From Psammoneis japonica (lineage: Eukaryota), in the NCBI GenBank assembly GCA_008632985.1, contig QPGO01000168.1, positions 1 through 64,000 on the forward strand: a stretch of DNA of 64,000 bases. Direction: 5' to 3'. Shown here one piece after another: positions 48,134 to 62,064 of the stretch. The notes beneath the pieces were generated by a model, which was given only the letters and a program-made list of their open reading frames with translations, was not told the DNA's origin and searched no databases. Position 1 is the first letter of the stretch. Each line of letters starts with the position of its first letter. The position numbers and the translations under genes are program-made.

Positions 48134-49600
48134 CTACAATGCAGCTTTTCCGTGTTGGGTGATGCGATTAATTTGATTTGTTGGCTTCACAACTGGATCC
48201 ACAGGAGAACAAGCCGAGATGCTAATGTTCACATTCAAATCGGTGAGCTTTCCTTCTACTCGTTCATTTTGTTTCTCTTCCTCGTGCACTGCCACTTCAG
48301 TGCTCTCTTCCTTCGCCATGGCTTCCTTGACCATGCCATGGTAGGCAGCATCAATGGGACGACTGTCTTGGGCAACGTCCGCCCAACCGATTGGAGAATC
48401 CTTTGGGATATCTTGTAGAAGAACCTTGCCATCGGCGAGGCCAGACGGAAGCAGCTCTTCTTCACGGACAACGGGAGTGTTTTCACAAATCCCGTAATGA
48501 GTGAATCCACCAAGGCCGTCCAATGTCTCTCCAGCTTTGAGGTCTCTCTTGGCAATGGCAATGACTTCAACCTTGAAGTCATCTAGCGCATCGACGGTTC
48601 CGTCATCGTAATCTACCAAACGCGCAATCGAAAATGGCAGCTCTAAAAAAAGCAAGTGGTACGGAACATAGAAGCTGTAAATGGGCCCATTTCCCATTTT
48701 TGCATATGAAAGGAATCTCTTAGAGACCACGTCATCCGTGGTGGCAAAGACGAATACCCCGGGACCGGGCTTTGCTCCGACAACCATCTCAACGATACCA
48801 CCGTGTTTCTTGAGTTCTTCAAAGTCATAGCGGTCTTTCAAATCATCAATGTGTCCTTCGTATTCGAGAGAGATCATTCCTCGCTTGGCAACCTCCATCC
48901 CCGTTGCGTTGGCAGTCGAGGCTTGCTCCAGCGCCACCTTTGTTCCGTCTGTAAAAGACGTAACCATCTCCACGGTAAGACAGTACTTGTCCGCCCAAAC
49001 CTGTTGTTCTTTGGGAGTGCGATGCTTGTTCAAGAAGCCTTTAATGTTTCCACAGACCAAAGGTGTGAACCCCATCGCCTTGACTTGACGATACAAGTTC
49101 AGAGTAACTCCCGGTTGATCTCCATCTCCCAGCGTGTACCTGGTGTTGTACTTGCGAGCGATTTTCTGCAAAAACGGCCCCATGGTAGCATCCAACTCGG
49201 CGCTAAAGGAAACAACCTTCTTACCGGCCTTTAAGGCAGCAAGAGTCCATTCAAAAGCCGCATGGATCGAGCCCGTCATATCCACCACCACGTCAATTTC
49301 GGAACTGATCCAGAGACAATCAGCGGATGTGGCAACACAAGCAACACCGTTTGCAATTGCCTCATCAACTTGCACACCAGCCTCAGCAACGACAATTGTC
49401 TCGTTTTGATAACCCGCTGTCTTGTAACAAACTTCCGCTTTACTCTGAGTGCGATTATAAATTGCCGCCAAGCGCATTCCGGGCACGTGCTTCATTTGGT
49501 TTGCCAAGCCGAGTGCCATTTCTCCAGCACCCAGCATGCCAACCTGGATCAGATTGCCATTGGCTTGTCGCTCTTTTAATTTGGTGTCGATGATGTGCAT
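48134..49600 (-). CDS. NAD(P)-dependent oxidoreductase, homoserine-dehydrogenase-like, with C-terminal SAF domain (COG4091-type); intronless
   Basis: Rossmann VGMLGAGEMALG; GDGDQPG; SFTDGTKVALEQ; FYVPYHL; SAF AKRDLKAGETLDGLGGF...LLPSGLA. Confidence 0.88.
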   Translation of the reverse strand: MHIIDTKLKERQANGNLIQVGMLGAGEMALGLANQMKHVPGMRLAAIYNRTQSKAEVCYKTAGYQNETIVVAEAGVQVDEAIANGVACVATSADCLWISSEIDVVVDMTGSIHAAFEWTLAALKAGKKVVSFSAELDATMGPFLQKIARKYNTRYTLGDGDQPGVTLNLYRQVKAMGFTPLVCGNIKGFLNKHRTPKEQQVWADKYCLTVEMVTSFTDGTKVALEQASTANATGMEVAKRGMISLEYEGHIDDLKDRYDFEELKKHGGIVEMVVGAKPGPGVFVFATTDDVVSKRFLSYAKMGNGPIYSFYVPYHLLFLELPFSIARLVDYDDGTVDALDDFKVEVIAIAKRDLKAGETLDGLGGFTHYGICENTPVVREEELLPSGLADGKVLLQDIPKDSPIGWADVAQDSRPIDAAYHGMVKEAMAKEESTEVAVHEEEKQNERVEGKLTDLNVNISISACSPVDPVVKPTNQINRITQHGKAAL

Positions 49601-52600
49601 GTTTGAGTTGTTTGTTTTGTACGTAGCGTCGCTTCGTGTTGATTGTTGCGGTGCCAGTGTGGTCCTTCGTCTGAATTTGACAAAATTTGAAAATGCGTTT
49701 CACTGCATAAAATTGTGTGTCATGTGTCATGTTGATCTCGGGTGTCGTGTGTGCGCGCGACGTACGAAGACGTTTTGGTTCGGATGCACCCAAATAATCT
49801 CATTTAAAGAAAGCAGACCACGTCACTTAAGACAAACTGTGTCATTTTGTCGACTATCTCAAAATTGTGGTCTAAATGGACTTTTGTTTTTGTCGCCGAA
49901 AATGTCTTGTCCATGTCTCTCTGCTGCGTTCGCAGTCACTGTCACTGCAGGTGGGACTTGCTCACCGCAGTGTTTGATCTTTGTCTTTCGTTTGAGAGAT
50001 GTGTTGACATTTGCTGCAGCCGCAGGCATGGTGAGTTGACATTTGTGATTTTGCCTTTTTCATGACATCATTTGTGCAATGGGTCCATGAAACATCATCT
50101 GATGGACTGAGAGCTCGGCATTTGAAACATCGTTTGCTCTCAGCTTCCTGCTTCTTTTTTTGCAGGTCAGGCGCAAGTGCTTTGTCAAGCTTGACTTTGA
50201 CCTGGCAGTGTTGTTTCTCTCACACTGCCAGCAGCAGTCACAAGCAACAAAAACAAAAGGTTGTGCAATTGGCTTTTTTGAAAGGGGCCATTTTTGGCAC
50301 AGCCACGTTCGTGGCTGCTGTGCTCCACAAAAGCTGGCAAACACTCACCCAAACAACAAATCCAACTTGCAGAAACATGCTGGAGGGGGCACACATCTGA
50401 ATGATCAGAAACTGAGCTGCTGTTTCAAAGCCACAAACTCTGGGAGCTTCCATTTTCTTTGTCTTGCTTTTCTGCTGCTTTGACTCCATTGCTTTGTCTG
50501 TGAGCTCATGACCCATCCAGTGCACTCCACCCTGACAGGCTCATTTTCATTCTGTTGCTTTGACTTGCCAGCTGCACATGACAGCCAGCAACACAGTCAT
50601 TTCAAGGCATGCTGTCAGGCCAAGGGACAATTGCACACCACGGGCCAAACAGGCTTGGAAATGAGGGCAGAGGCCAGACAGATTGGCAACTTGGTCCAAG
50701 GCTTGCAAGCAAAACATGTTGTTGCACAAAGGAGATCTTGCTGGTGCAGCAACCAAACATGTTGTTTTAGCAACATTTGTTGGCTGCTGCAGATGACAAT
50801 GACAATGACGATGATGCGACAATTTGGGTGCGTGTTTGTGAGAATCTGCTCTGCTGCATTTTCACAAACAAGCAAAGCTCGCATTTTCTGGCTGCACAAA
50901 GCAATGACCAGCACTTTGCGCACACTCTTTTTGAGCATTTTCTTTTTGTCATGTTGCCACAAAAAAGAACATGATCTCCCTTGGTGTCTGCTGAAGTGCC
51001 CTTCCCTTGTTCTTCTCACAGCAGCGGTGCTGGAGGCTCTGTTCTCTCCCAGGTGTGGTGGGACAAGGCAACAAGGGTGAGACAACTTGTTGGTTCAGAA
51101 AACTGCCACCCCAAGTCTTGGCAGCTCTGACAAGAGGGAGCATGCCTTTTTCTTTTTCCACAAGGCAGTGCGGTGGGGTGGGCTCTGCTTGAAAGCAAGA
51201 TCATGGTTGCAGCCAAACCCCTGTGTGCCACAAAAAATGACAAAGGCAGCAGTGCTGTGTCAAACAAGCCCATGGCTGTGATGGTCACCTGCCTGACACA
51301 GTCAGAATTTTTAAGACAGATTGCACAAGCAGCTAAGGCAAAAAGTCTTGCTGGCCTTTCTTGGAAAGAAAAATGTGGCAAAACACAAGCTGAGTTGCCA
51401 AGGAATGTTCAAAAAAGCTGGCATTTCTGGAGCTTGCTGTGGCCCTTGTGAAGTTCTTGATGTGGGGGGCCTGAGAGGGCACAATTGACCCCACAGTCAA
51501 GCTGCCACCTGGGGGCTCTGGGCTCAAATGCCAGTGGCCATTTTGGAGCATTTGTCATTGCCTGCATGTCTTGCACAGTGGGAACAAGGGCCACCAGTGG
51601 ATCAAGCACAGGCACAGACAATGCTGACAATCATGGCACAGCCCACGCCAGTGCCTCTAGCCAACATTCTCTCCCAAACTTGTCTGCTCTGGTGCACTGT
51701 GCCATCTGAATGACAAAACTGACAGCTCTCTGTTTTTCTTTTGCAGAGCCTTTGCAGACTCCACAAAGAGCTGTCCTCCTGCACTTGTTGCATGCTGCAT
51801 GATGCCCAGAAGCAAGGTTGTGCTGGGTGAGCCATTCAACAACCTTCACACAGCCACAGCTGAGGAATGACATTTTTAGGCAAAAACAATCTTTGCCAGG
51901 GTTGCAAGGTGTGCTGAAACAGAAAACCATCTTGTGCAGCAGCAGTTTTCTTGAAATGATGTGAAATGGCTCTGGCGCATGTTTTGTGCATTTTGGAGCA
52001 CAAATGTTGCACAAAGCACCAACCTTTGCTGCTCTGGGCGCAAGATGTTTGAGCTTTGTGTTGGTGATTTTCAGCTGTCCCCAATTTTTTGCAGCAAAGG
52101 CAGCAGCAGCACATGCCAAAAGATGCTGCTTTGCCTCTTGCTTGCTGTCCTGAGCACCGCTCCTGATGCAACATTGAAAAAAAAAAACACCCCAAAACAC
52201 AGTTTTTCTTGGTGCTGCTTTTTGTGCATGGCTGCCACTGGGCTCTCAAGCAGATCTCTTCAGGTTGGTCTGCTTTTGTGGCAGTGGAGGCTGAATGTGT
52301 GTGATGAGGCAAGTCAAGTCTTGTTGTTGATGCTTGGCTTCTTCTTGACAGCAGTTGTTTCTTCTTGCAAAAAAATGCCAAACTTGACTTTCAGCCACTT
52401 TTCCAGCCTGCTTTGGAGCTGCTGCTGCTTTGCAAAGAGAGGGCATCAATCTCTCCATTGCTCAAATTGAGGCCCTCTTGTGTCTCTACACTCATCACCT
52501 TGTCGCAACAATGTCATTTTCTAAAAAAAGCAGCCCCACCCCCCACAGAATCAGTTTTTTGCAACATTGGCAGCATTTGAAGCATTGTGCTCTGCTGTGC

Positions 52601-55600
52601 AATTGCAGCTTTCTTGCAATTGCTCATGAAGTGTTTTGGGTCATTCATTGTGTGGACATCTTGTCTCGATGGATCTGGGTGAAATCATCACAATCACTTG
52701 AAAGCATCCAACAAAACAGCACACTGCAGAGCAGGACCTTTGGGGGGGGGGGCTGCAACAGTTTTTGTTTTTTGACATCTCAGCACAAAACTTGTTCACG
52801 CAATTTTGGATTTGCTTGCATTGACAGGCAGCACAGTTGCTGTGCCATCCACTTGACAATTTTTGGTTGTTTGCTGACTGGACTTGCAAGCAATTTCAAC
52901 CATGGGGCTTGAAAGAGAGGAGGGAGCAATGCAGACAGCCATGACAAAAGGACAAAGCACAAAGACATCTGAGGCAATGCCTGGTTTTTCATGCACAATG
53001 ATGCAAACCACATCTGCTGTGGTGGGTTTGAGGGTGCATGTGCTGCGCTGTCTTGCTGGCCAGAAGATGTCAGAAATTGATGAACAAAAAATGTGAGCAA
53101 AGTGTGACACACAAAGACAAAGCACAAGGCATCCAACAAGAGGCTGCTTGTGTTGCATGGACAAGCAACAGCATGGGCCATTTTTGTTGTGAAAATCCCA
53201 GTGGCACAACCTTTGCTGACCAGAAAATGCTCAGTTTTTTTGTTGTGTCAGTTCAACAAAAAACCACAGCACACACAAGGTCCCCAAGCCAAGTCTGAGC
53301 ATGGACCAAAAGCAATGCTGGTGGGTGTGTTCATCCATGTCTCCAACCACAAACCACAATTCGCGCAAACCAAAAATGGCACCATGCCGTCACCATGAAC
53401 TCGTCCATTCTTACACCAACGGATGTTGTGACTGAGAAGGTGAGAATGCCGAGACAGGTCAACAAGACAACGCTCAATGCGATGATGTGGTTGAAAATTT
53501 GATCTTTGTTTTTTGTTGTGCCTTGTGGACAGCCTTTTGACTCATGACATTTTTGATGCCTCTTTCTCTCTTCCTCAGCTTGCAAAGTAGGATTCTCATC
53601 AACGCGCTGATCCATCAACTTGACACCGGATACAGACAACGAAGAATGTTTTTATGACACGTTGCTGTGATTCTTATAATGTATCGTCCGCACTTTGAGT
53701 CGTTATGGACGACGCTTTTGGGTCGCGCGACAACATCAGATTTCAATGCCGACAAGAGAATCGTCATGTGTTCGGTTTTGAGGGTGTTTGAGGGTGAAGA
53801 ATCTCAGACACAAGTGTGATAGTTTCATCATTGTAAAGTAGAACAATGCCATTAGCGACATCCAAGTGTTGCAGCCATTTCATTTTATTCTAAGATAGAA
53901 CTGGTCATTTTGAGCGGTGAAATTTTGTCAACATTTCATCTTTAACTCTGCTTGGGCATGTCAAATCACATGATGGCTGGGCACACATTTAACTTTGATG
54001 CTGCTTTTTCAATCCTATTGTTTTATTCACTCAAGCATCCCACACAGGTCGACAAATCAGTCGATCTCTGAAATGGCCGATCGCACAAAAAAAATCACGT
54101 GCGAAGTCAGTTCCCCCGATTTTTCTCACGCAAATGATGGAGTTAGAACGCCGTTCTTTTTTGGTGTGAGCTCTTTATACAATGAATGATGCGCACATTC
54201 TTTCAAAGTAGTCAGATTCGGTGAAAGAAACAGCAGAACAGTCTCTCCAATGCACCAGAACAACAACAACGAGCAGTTAGCTGTCAGTTTCACTCCAAAA
54301 AATGCCGCTTTCGAGACAGCGCTTTTCTTGTGCGCACCCTTCAACCAATGAGAATAACGGCTGGCTTTTCAAAATAAACATGTCTGTGGAAAGAAGAAAT
54401 GAAAAATCGGGGGAAAGTCCAGTCAGATTTGCTCGCACAAAAAGCACGGCGACGGAAAAGGGACAGACGAAACGTCTCACCTCCGTGTGCGCATTTCTCA
54501 CCTGGGATGAAAACACATCCTCAAAGATGATGCAACAACTGGCTCTTGAGGATCTGCCAGCTGTGGGCACACTTCTCCAGCCCTGGGTGGGACATTGTGT
54601 GAGGACATGGGCCCACAGAGTTCTCTGTGTGAGCTCTGCAGTTGACACATTGGGCAGTGAGCTCATTTGTTTTTGACACTTGAGTGACCAAGTTTGCAGC
54701 ACAGTTGCACCTTTCAACACTCAAAATTTTGAAAATCTGCCTCTGAGATGAGTTGCCACACAAGGTGATGGAAAGTGTGCAGCTTGTCCTGTCAAGTGTG
54801 CACTTGCAAGCCCCACACACAGAAGGTGATGTGCAAATTGTGCAGACTGGACTTCTCAACTGCAGAGTTGGTGATGGCATTTTTGAAAATGACAGCTCTT
54901 GTCTGAGGACATCAGATGAAATGAAATGCTTGAACAGAGCAGTTGAGCAGTGCTGCTCAATCCAATGTGAAAAGCGCCCATTGTGAAAAGTCAACAGCAG
55001 AAAGTCTTCACATTGTGCAGCACTTTCCAGTCTGGGAAAGTTGCAAACAAATGGTGCTGGAGTCACAACTGTGCTGTCCAGCACATTTTTTGTGATGACA
55101 TGATGTCACTCAGCTCTCCTTGTCTGAATCAGAGTTGTTGTCATCCCACAGGCATCATCAAGAGTGCCCAGCTGCAGCTCCTCAAAGAAAGGAGAAAGGG
55201 TGCAGGTTGTCAGGAATGCAGTCATGAAGTTGCCTTCACCAAAAAGCACTGACCTCCTTGACAGCAGAAATGAGGAAGATGACAGCCAGATGACATCATT
55301 CTCAGCACTGTGCAAAAATGGCAAGCATGTTGAATGTGCCCCACCCACTTGCTGCTTTGCACTGCAAAACCCACCACTTTAGTTCAAGGTGGTTCATGTG
55401 GATTTAAAAGATCTGTGAAATCATTGCCTTTCTTGGAAATCTCATGATTGCGTGTTTGAGGGACAAGGGACCTGAGTGCAATGGCAAAGTCCACAATGGG
55501 TTTGAGGTTTGAGAGGCAGCAAACTGATCTGCCTGTGCACACCATCATGACTGCCCAGATGACAGGCTTGGGGCCAAACTCATGTCAAACACTCAGCGGC

Positions 55601-56821
55601 TCTGTTTGCGCTGCAGTTGATTTCAAACGCCATTGTTGCTGTGCTTCACCATGGCAAAAGACACCCAAAATCGACGCCAAAAACAGAAAGGAAGCATGTC
55701 GTTGCAAATTGTGCAATTTGCTGAACACAAAATGTTCCAAATGAATGAAAACGTTGATGTTCTGTTGTCCTGCCTGGTTGAACATCTGAGCCCACACTTT
55801 CCACATCAGAGTGCACGATGTCACAATGTCTGCACACATGATGAAAATGTGTTGCCACATCATAAAATCCACTCATCTGCACATGACGGTTTTTGTCATT
55901 TGGTCAATCATTGATCTCCTGCTGTTCTTCATGTTTGAACACAGATGTTTTTTAATTTTCATGCTCTGCCTTTTTCACAACAACTGACGATCTTTGACGA
56001 CAAGCCAAACATTGCAATTGCATGCAATGAAATTTTCATCATGCAAAGTGTGCGCCAATTGTTCAATCAACAACTGTGCTCCAATTTGCCTGGTCGTCCG
56101 CATCGTCCTCTTCATTCCGTGTGTCTTGTCCACTCTCTTGCAAGAATTTCAAATGTGCCGCTGCCGCGTTGGATGTTTCCTTGTCACCGTTCCAAAAAAG
56201 CCACACTGCATTTCTTGCATTTGGGCGAACATCATCAAGAGGAAGAGGTCCCTTGAAATGCTGAATCGCATCGCTGCTCCCCTCTTGACGTCGTGTCGTC
56301 AGCTTCTTTTTGTCTTTCTTCATTTTGCCCGTCCTGTTTTTCTCTTCCTTCCTCGTCTTGGCCCTGCCTGTTTTCACCATCTCCGGCGCCATCACCTTCA
56401 TCTCTTGTTGTTTTTTTTTTTCTGTTGTGTCACTTTGTTTTGGATCCATGTTTCTGACTTCTCTCCATGCTGTCTCCATTTCCGAATGTTTCTTTGTGAT
56501 TGTTCGCATGCGTCACTTGAAGGCACCCACGTGTTTTTCACGCACCTTAACGCGCATGTAGAAATCCATGTTGTTTTCCAGCACACACACCCTTTCTCCT
56601 GATGCTTTCCACACAATGTTTTCTTCCATCAATTCTACACTCCGCATTGCCCTTTCCCGGCATGATCTCACATCGGATTTCCCTGGGAGAAGTTGCACAC
56701 GCGTCTGGCAGGTTTTTGTGTTTAAAACTCCAAATCGCACCAGGCGCGCATGTAACTTCTCCCACACACCACTCTGGCACATTTCTGCAGAAACCAGATT
56801 TTTGGTGTTGGAACAGCAACC

Positions 56822-59800
56822 ATGGTGCCGCGTGACCCATCGGTCGCCTCTCTGTCGCAATGCAACAATGATTCCTGCCTCAAGGAGGCCGCATTTGAAT
56901 CTCTCTTTGCCAATGGTTTTGGAGTGATCGATGGCAACAAGCAGAGCCGTGTCAAAGCGACAATCGAGACTGTGAAATCCAAGGTTCAGTTTCACCGCGA
57001 CTCCACTTATGATCCCTCTCCGAATTGGATCGCGCTTGCCCATGTGTGGCAAAAGTCGAAGGGCAGACCTCATTTTTTTGTAGAACTGATGGCTGTGAAC
57101 CGCATTGTTGCAAAGGAACTTGGGCACAAGAGCTTGCTGCACTTTCTTTCCGCAAAAGGATGGAGTCATTCCAGTCAAGGCGCCAAACATCCTCATGCGT
57201 TGGAGTGTCGCCGTGCTCCCAAAGCAGAGGATGTGAAAGTCGTCGGCGACAAGGCAAAATCAACAGACATTGCAACCAACATGATGGCAAAGGTTTCCAT
57301 GTTGTGCAAGCTTCTCCATGATCCCGGATTGTGCGACCCAAAGGGAGAGCCACTTGTCAAGCACATCAAGCTGAGAAGTTTTGAAGGAAAGGTTTTGCGT
57401 TGCGCGCAATGCCTTCACATTGGTTTTTTGATTCTTCGTGACAAGATTCTGCCGCATGCACCTGAAAGGAATGGTGATTACGATCATTGGCTGCACTCCC
57501 TGTTCGGCGAATGTGACGAGACATCAACTTGCATCAACTTTTTGGAGAATTTCCTGGCTCTTGGTCACCATGAGATGACCAAAGACGAATGCCCTGTGTC
57601 CTTCCCTGAATTTGTAAAGTCGTTGTTCCACCAACACAAACATTCTTGGGAAAAGCCCATGCGACTGGCGATGCTTGATGTCGAGCGAGAACAAATGCAC
57701 GCAACACATGTTGATGAGACTCTTTTAAGATGTGTGAAAATTGATCGTGTGGTTTCTGCCGCTGACAATTCCGGCAAAAGCAAGGCTGCAAGGGATCATT
57801 TTGAGGCCATGTGGAAAGCCAGGCTTCATGACTTTGCCACTCAGCACAAGAAGAAAGAAATCGGCAATGCAATTCCATCCATTACGAAAAATGCTCGGAA
57901 ACGAAAAAATCCAAATGGTGTGAATCCATCACATTGTTTGATTGATTGTTTGTGCTCCTCTTCTCATCTCCAATTCTTCTGTTCTTCTTGCCACCTCTTT
58001 AGCCACCTCCCTTTGCTCCTCAAGCCCCAGTCTCAAAAACCCCAAAGATGGTGAACCTTCTGATGTTTCTCAGAACGAATCGCTGATTCTCCAAGATGTG
58101 CCGACTCTCAAGGAACAATTTGAATGTTCCCAAACAAAGTGGCCGACCCTCGGTGCAACTTGTCAGTCACCTCCTCCTCCGCCAGACAATTTCACAAAAG
58201 AAGAGCTTGTGAAAGTGTTTCCTGAACCATCTCCATTTGCGATTCCGGGTGAGGTGAAGTCACAACATTCTCACCTTGTCGTCTTTGAGGAAACCCCCAT
58301 TTCCGGCTCCTTCAAGAGGAACTGTGTCAAGCACCAGTTGTTCCACAGCATCTCTGATTTCCACTTGGTGAATCACCTCCGCAAGTTTGTGCATGGATTT
58401 GAAAACGGCACAGCTCCCAATGATCCGACGCAAGAATCGATGGTTGCGATTGCTCACCCGACCCAGTCAACCTCTCATTTTTCCAACGTGGTCACTCATT
58501 TGCAACACACGGACAAGATGCGTCAGAAATGCTTTTTTGGATTGCAACTCAGAGTGTCGTCGATGCTCCGTGCAGTGTTGGAACATGGCGAGCCAAACGA
58601 AAAAAGGGATGGACCAGAATGCAAGTTGCGCTGTTGGATCTGTTTTGGTTGTTGTGGCCAGAATTGCGAAGTCGCAGATGGTGAGTTAGCTGAAGTGGGA
58701 CCTGCTCACAAGCCTGGTGCTGTCTTTGGCAGGGACAAGTGGGAGAAGCTTCCAAAGGATGTGCAGGCAATGACAGCCTCAATCTTGGACGCCACGCAAC
58801 TCTGCGAGGACGAAATTAATCTTGTTGCATTGAAAGAAATGCGCTCCTTCCATGACCCGCACCGCGACAGTCTTTTCGCGGCTGAGCTCCGTAAGATGGT
58901 TGGAGCCAAGCATGTTAGAAGGGAAGGCGTGGAAATTCAAGTTAAGTGCACCTCATCGTCCGGCAAAAAATCCGTTAATTCGAAAACCGAGCTGCACATT
59001 GACAAAGAGGATTGTGACATGGATGGGTGCACCAAGACTGGTGCTCTTTGCTCATCACTGCGAGACGCTGTTGGTCGCTCTTGGTCGTTGAAGGTCATCA
59101 CTGCATCCAAAGGCAATGCTGGAAACTGCGTCAGCTCGGCACATGGGCATGCCGAGTTCCGATCGCGTGTGCATGGTCATTTCGCAAAACTTGATCTGTC
59201 ATGTGCTGCAGAAATGATGAGATGCCGTGGCCCTTGTCGTCCTCCGTCGGGCAAGCTGGCCCACAGAAACATCAAAGATTTTTTCCTTGACCCTCACTCT
59301 GTGTGGGTGGAAGAGGAAATTGGCAAGCCAAATCTTCCGTCCGACACAGTTGAGTGTCCCGTCATTGTCATGCCAAGGAAACGTCTTCCGTTTGCCATCG
59401 TGAAGGACTTTAATTTCTCATGTGGTTGTTCGGCAATCATTGACAACCTCGATGAGGTTGGTGCACACGATTGCTTTTGTTGCACCATTGTGGCTGGGTG
59501 TCAAACCGGATTCTCCCGTTTTTGCCACTTGTTGTGCAACACAGATGCTGTGAAGCGTCCTTTCGTGGCTGGCGATCGTGCCCTTCATTGCTTCAGAGAA
59601 GCTGCGAGGCCATTCGGCAGCATTGCGGGGGATCGCAACAACCGATGCATGCAGAGCCCGGGACTCGATTTCGAGGAGGTTCATGTGGCAGAGTGCGGGA
59701 CAAAACTCAACGGTTTGATGGATTTGCTTGTTGGCGGACTGGTTGTTGTCATCGACTGCATCAATGACAATGTTGGCAAGCCAACGTTCAACCACAAGCT

Positions 59801-60308
59801 GATCGAGGACATGTTTCAAACCGTGGTCCAAACATGGGATCACACAGGTGCTGATCATGGAGAGTTCAGATGCATGAACTCTGCACCGATGTTGATGCTG
59901 TGTGGCACAGGGATCCATCCTCACCCTGACCTTCGTAATCTTGTCCATCCGGCAGCCAAGTTGGGAGCGGCGAAGCAAATGGAGGAAATGAAGGTCCCGG
60001 TGGAGGAGCGCGATTTACTCTTGGAATGGACAGAGGGTGATTTTGATTTGGAAGACTGTGGAAAGAATGGTCCAGAGTCTTCACTGTGTGACCTGAGTGC
60101 AGCTCATGAAAAGATGGGAATCTGCGATGTCTTTTGTTGCGGACAGCATCTGTTGCTCTTGTTCTCTGATGGGCAATCAATGATCAAGCGGTTTGGAAGG
60201 CATGAATGGGAGCCAGCCCCACTCGTGTCGATTGATGAAGTTCGAGCCGAACTGGAACGGCAAAGAGAGGTTGCTTTTTCATGGCAATCACATTTGTTTT
60301 TTGTCTGA
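56822..60308 (+). pseudogene. Large eroded gene(s) of unknown family (410-aa and 788-aa ORFs, possibly joined by an intron at ~57920-58025)
   Basis: Protein-like composition in a single frame; the 788-aa ORF has no Tyr and a Cys/His excess; CpG largely retained. Confidence 0.55.
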
Positions 60309-60379
60309 TTGTGCTGACATTGTCACATTGATTTCTCGTTCTAACAGGAAGAAGGCCACCGGTGATTTGTTGTCATTCG

Positions 60380-61361
60380 CAATGAACAAAGGTGACGATT
60401 GCGAGGAGGAGTCAATTGACGAGAAAACAAGCAAACTTCCAACCACTTACATGGGTGAAGAGGACAAAAGCAAAGAGCCTGTTGACGATGAGCACAACCA
60501 AGTTGCACATTGCTCCGAGGGTGAAGAGGACCACAGCAACTTGGGAGATTGTTTCACAAGTGACGAAACCAACGGGGAAACACACAATGTGCTGTGGTTG
60601 GGGATGACCCGTCCGCTCAATGCAAGGCAACTATCTTCTCAAGAATTGTGCTCTGAGAAGGGGGTGGCCTTAGTGTCATCTGACCAACACAGGTGAGATG
60701 AGGCCCACGCAATGGCATTTGAGGAATCTAACAAAACAATCACAAACGTCGTTCTGACAGTTTCTCTCCAAGATGGACATCCTGATCTGCACTTAAATTG
60801 CAATGTGAAAGCAAGAGATTTCGTCAAGAGAGTCAAGCAGCAGTTTGAGAAACTTGTTGATTTCGACAATCATGGGTTCGACCAAATCATGTTGGACTGC
60901 TGCTGGATGCCAGATGGAGAGTGGTGCAACAGTCATTTGGGACAACTCAATTTTTCCAAAATCTGGCTGATCTTCGGGCCTTGCTCTCCAAAAACGAAGA
61001 AGGGGGGGACATGGTGCTTCCCTTTGCTCTTGCAACCTTCTTCCAGGTTGTCAAACAATGGAAGAAATTGTTGGCTGTGTTCGACATGTGCAAAATGGAC
61101 AAGGATGCTGCAAAGAGCCGTGTGAGCATGTTCTTTGCAAGCAACCTTACAACCCAAGAACAACGAGAACAGTGGTTGGGAAAGCCTTCCAATCAGGAAG
61201 AAGCTCATCTTGGAGTTTCCGAAGAAGACATCAGAATGAAAGCAACGGAAGGTGCTCGTGCCACACTGCTTCACGTGTGCCGCGATGACTTTGCCAATTC
61301 TGAAAGGATCAAATTCATCATGTTTGCAAGAAAGAGTCAGGTGGTCACTGTGAGTGAATGA
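60380..61361 (+). pseudogene. Eroded gene with a possible Rossmann/SAM-MTase-like pattern
   Basis: NVLWLGM ... VLTVS ... FDQIMLDCCWMP (inferred DYYW) ... LLSKNEEGGDMVLPF across a stop and a frameshift. Confidence 0.35.
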
Positions 61362-62064
61362 CAGATTGATGCACGCATCCCATTTTAGAAACAAATCTGA
61401 CCAACACTTCCTTCTGTCCTGTGCAGCCCAAACAAATGGGGCCTTTTCTTGCACTTCTGCTGCTCCCGGACATTGTTCACAAACCAAAACATTGTCCCCA
61501 ATTGCTTCAACAGGGACAACCCGTAACTCAGGTGAGCACTGAGTCTCCTCAGGCGTTGAAAGCCAAGCTGCCAGCGACTGACCAAGTCTGTGTGCTGATG
61601 CCGTTGCCTCACAGTTCTCTGGTCAATGTTGACAGGGCCTTCATCAAGACTCATGCTCGTCGTCCTTGTCTTGTGGATGAGAAGGGAAAAGAAGAACAAC
61701 ACGCAAAAAATGGCAGGAAAATGGCAAACATTGCATTGTCTTCCAGATTTGGATGATTCTTGTGGGTGTGACGTGTCTGCATTTTGATTTTTTGTCTGGC
61801 ATTTACAATGAATGTTGTTCTTTTTATTTGCTGTCAAAACAAAGGACATTGTCTCCGTTGGAACGCAATGACAGCCACATCAAAAAGCAAGTTGGACTGT
61901 TCATTGTTGTGTGCAAACACATTTTCAAATTTCAGTGTTGCTGACAATGATTTGTGCAATGTTGTGGAGAAAAACAGAGTGGCTGGCTGTCTCAACATGA
62001 CCCAGACGATGGTTGCACTGTTGAACAGTGACACTGCTCTCATTGTTGCCGTGCAAAGATCAAG

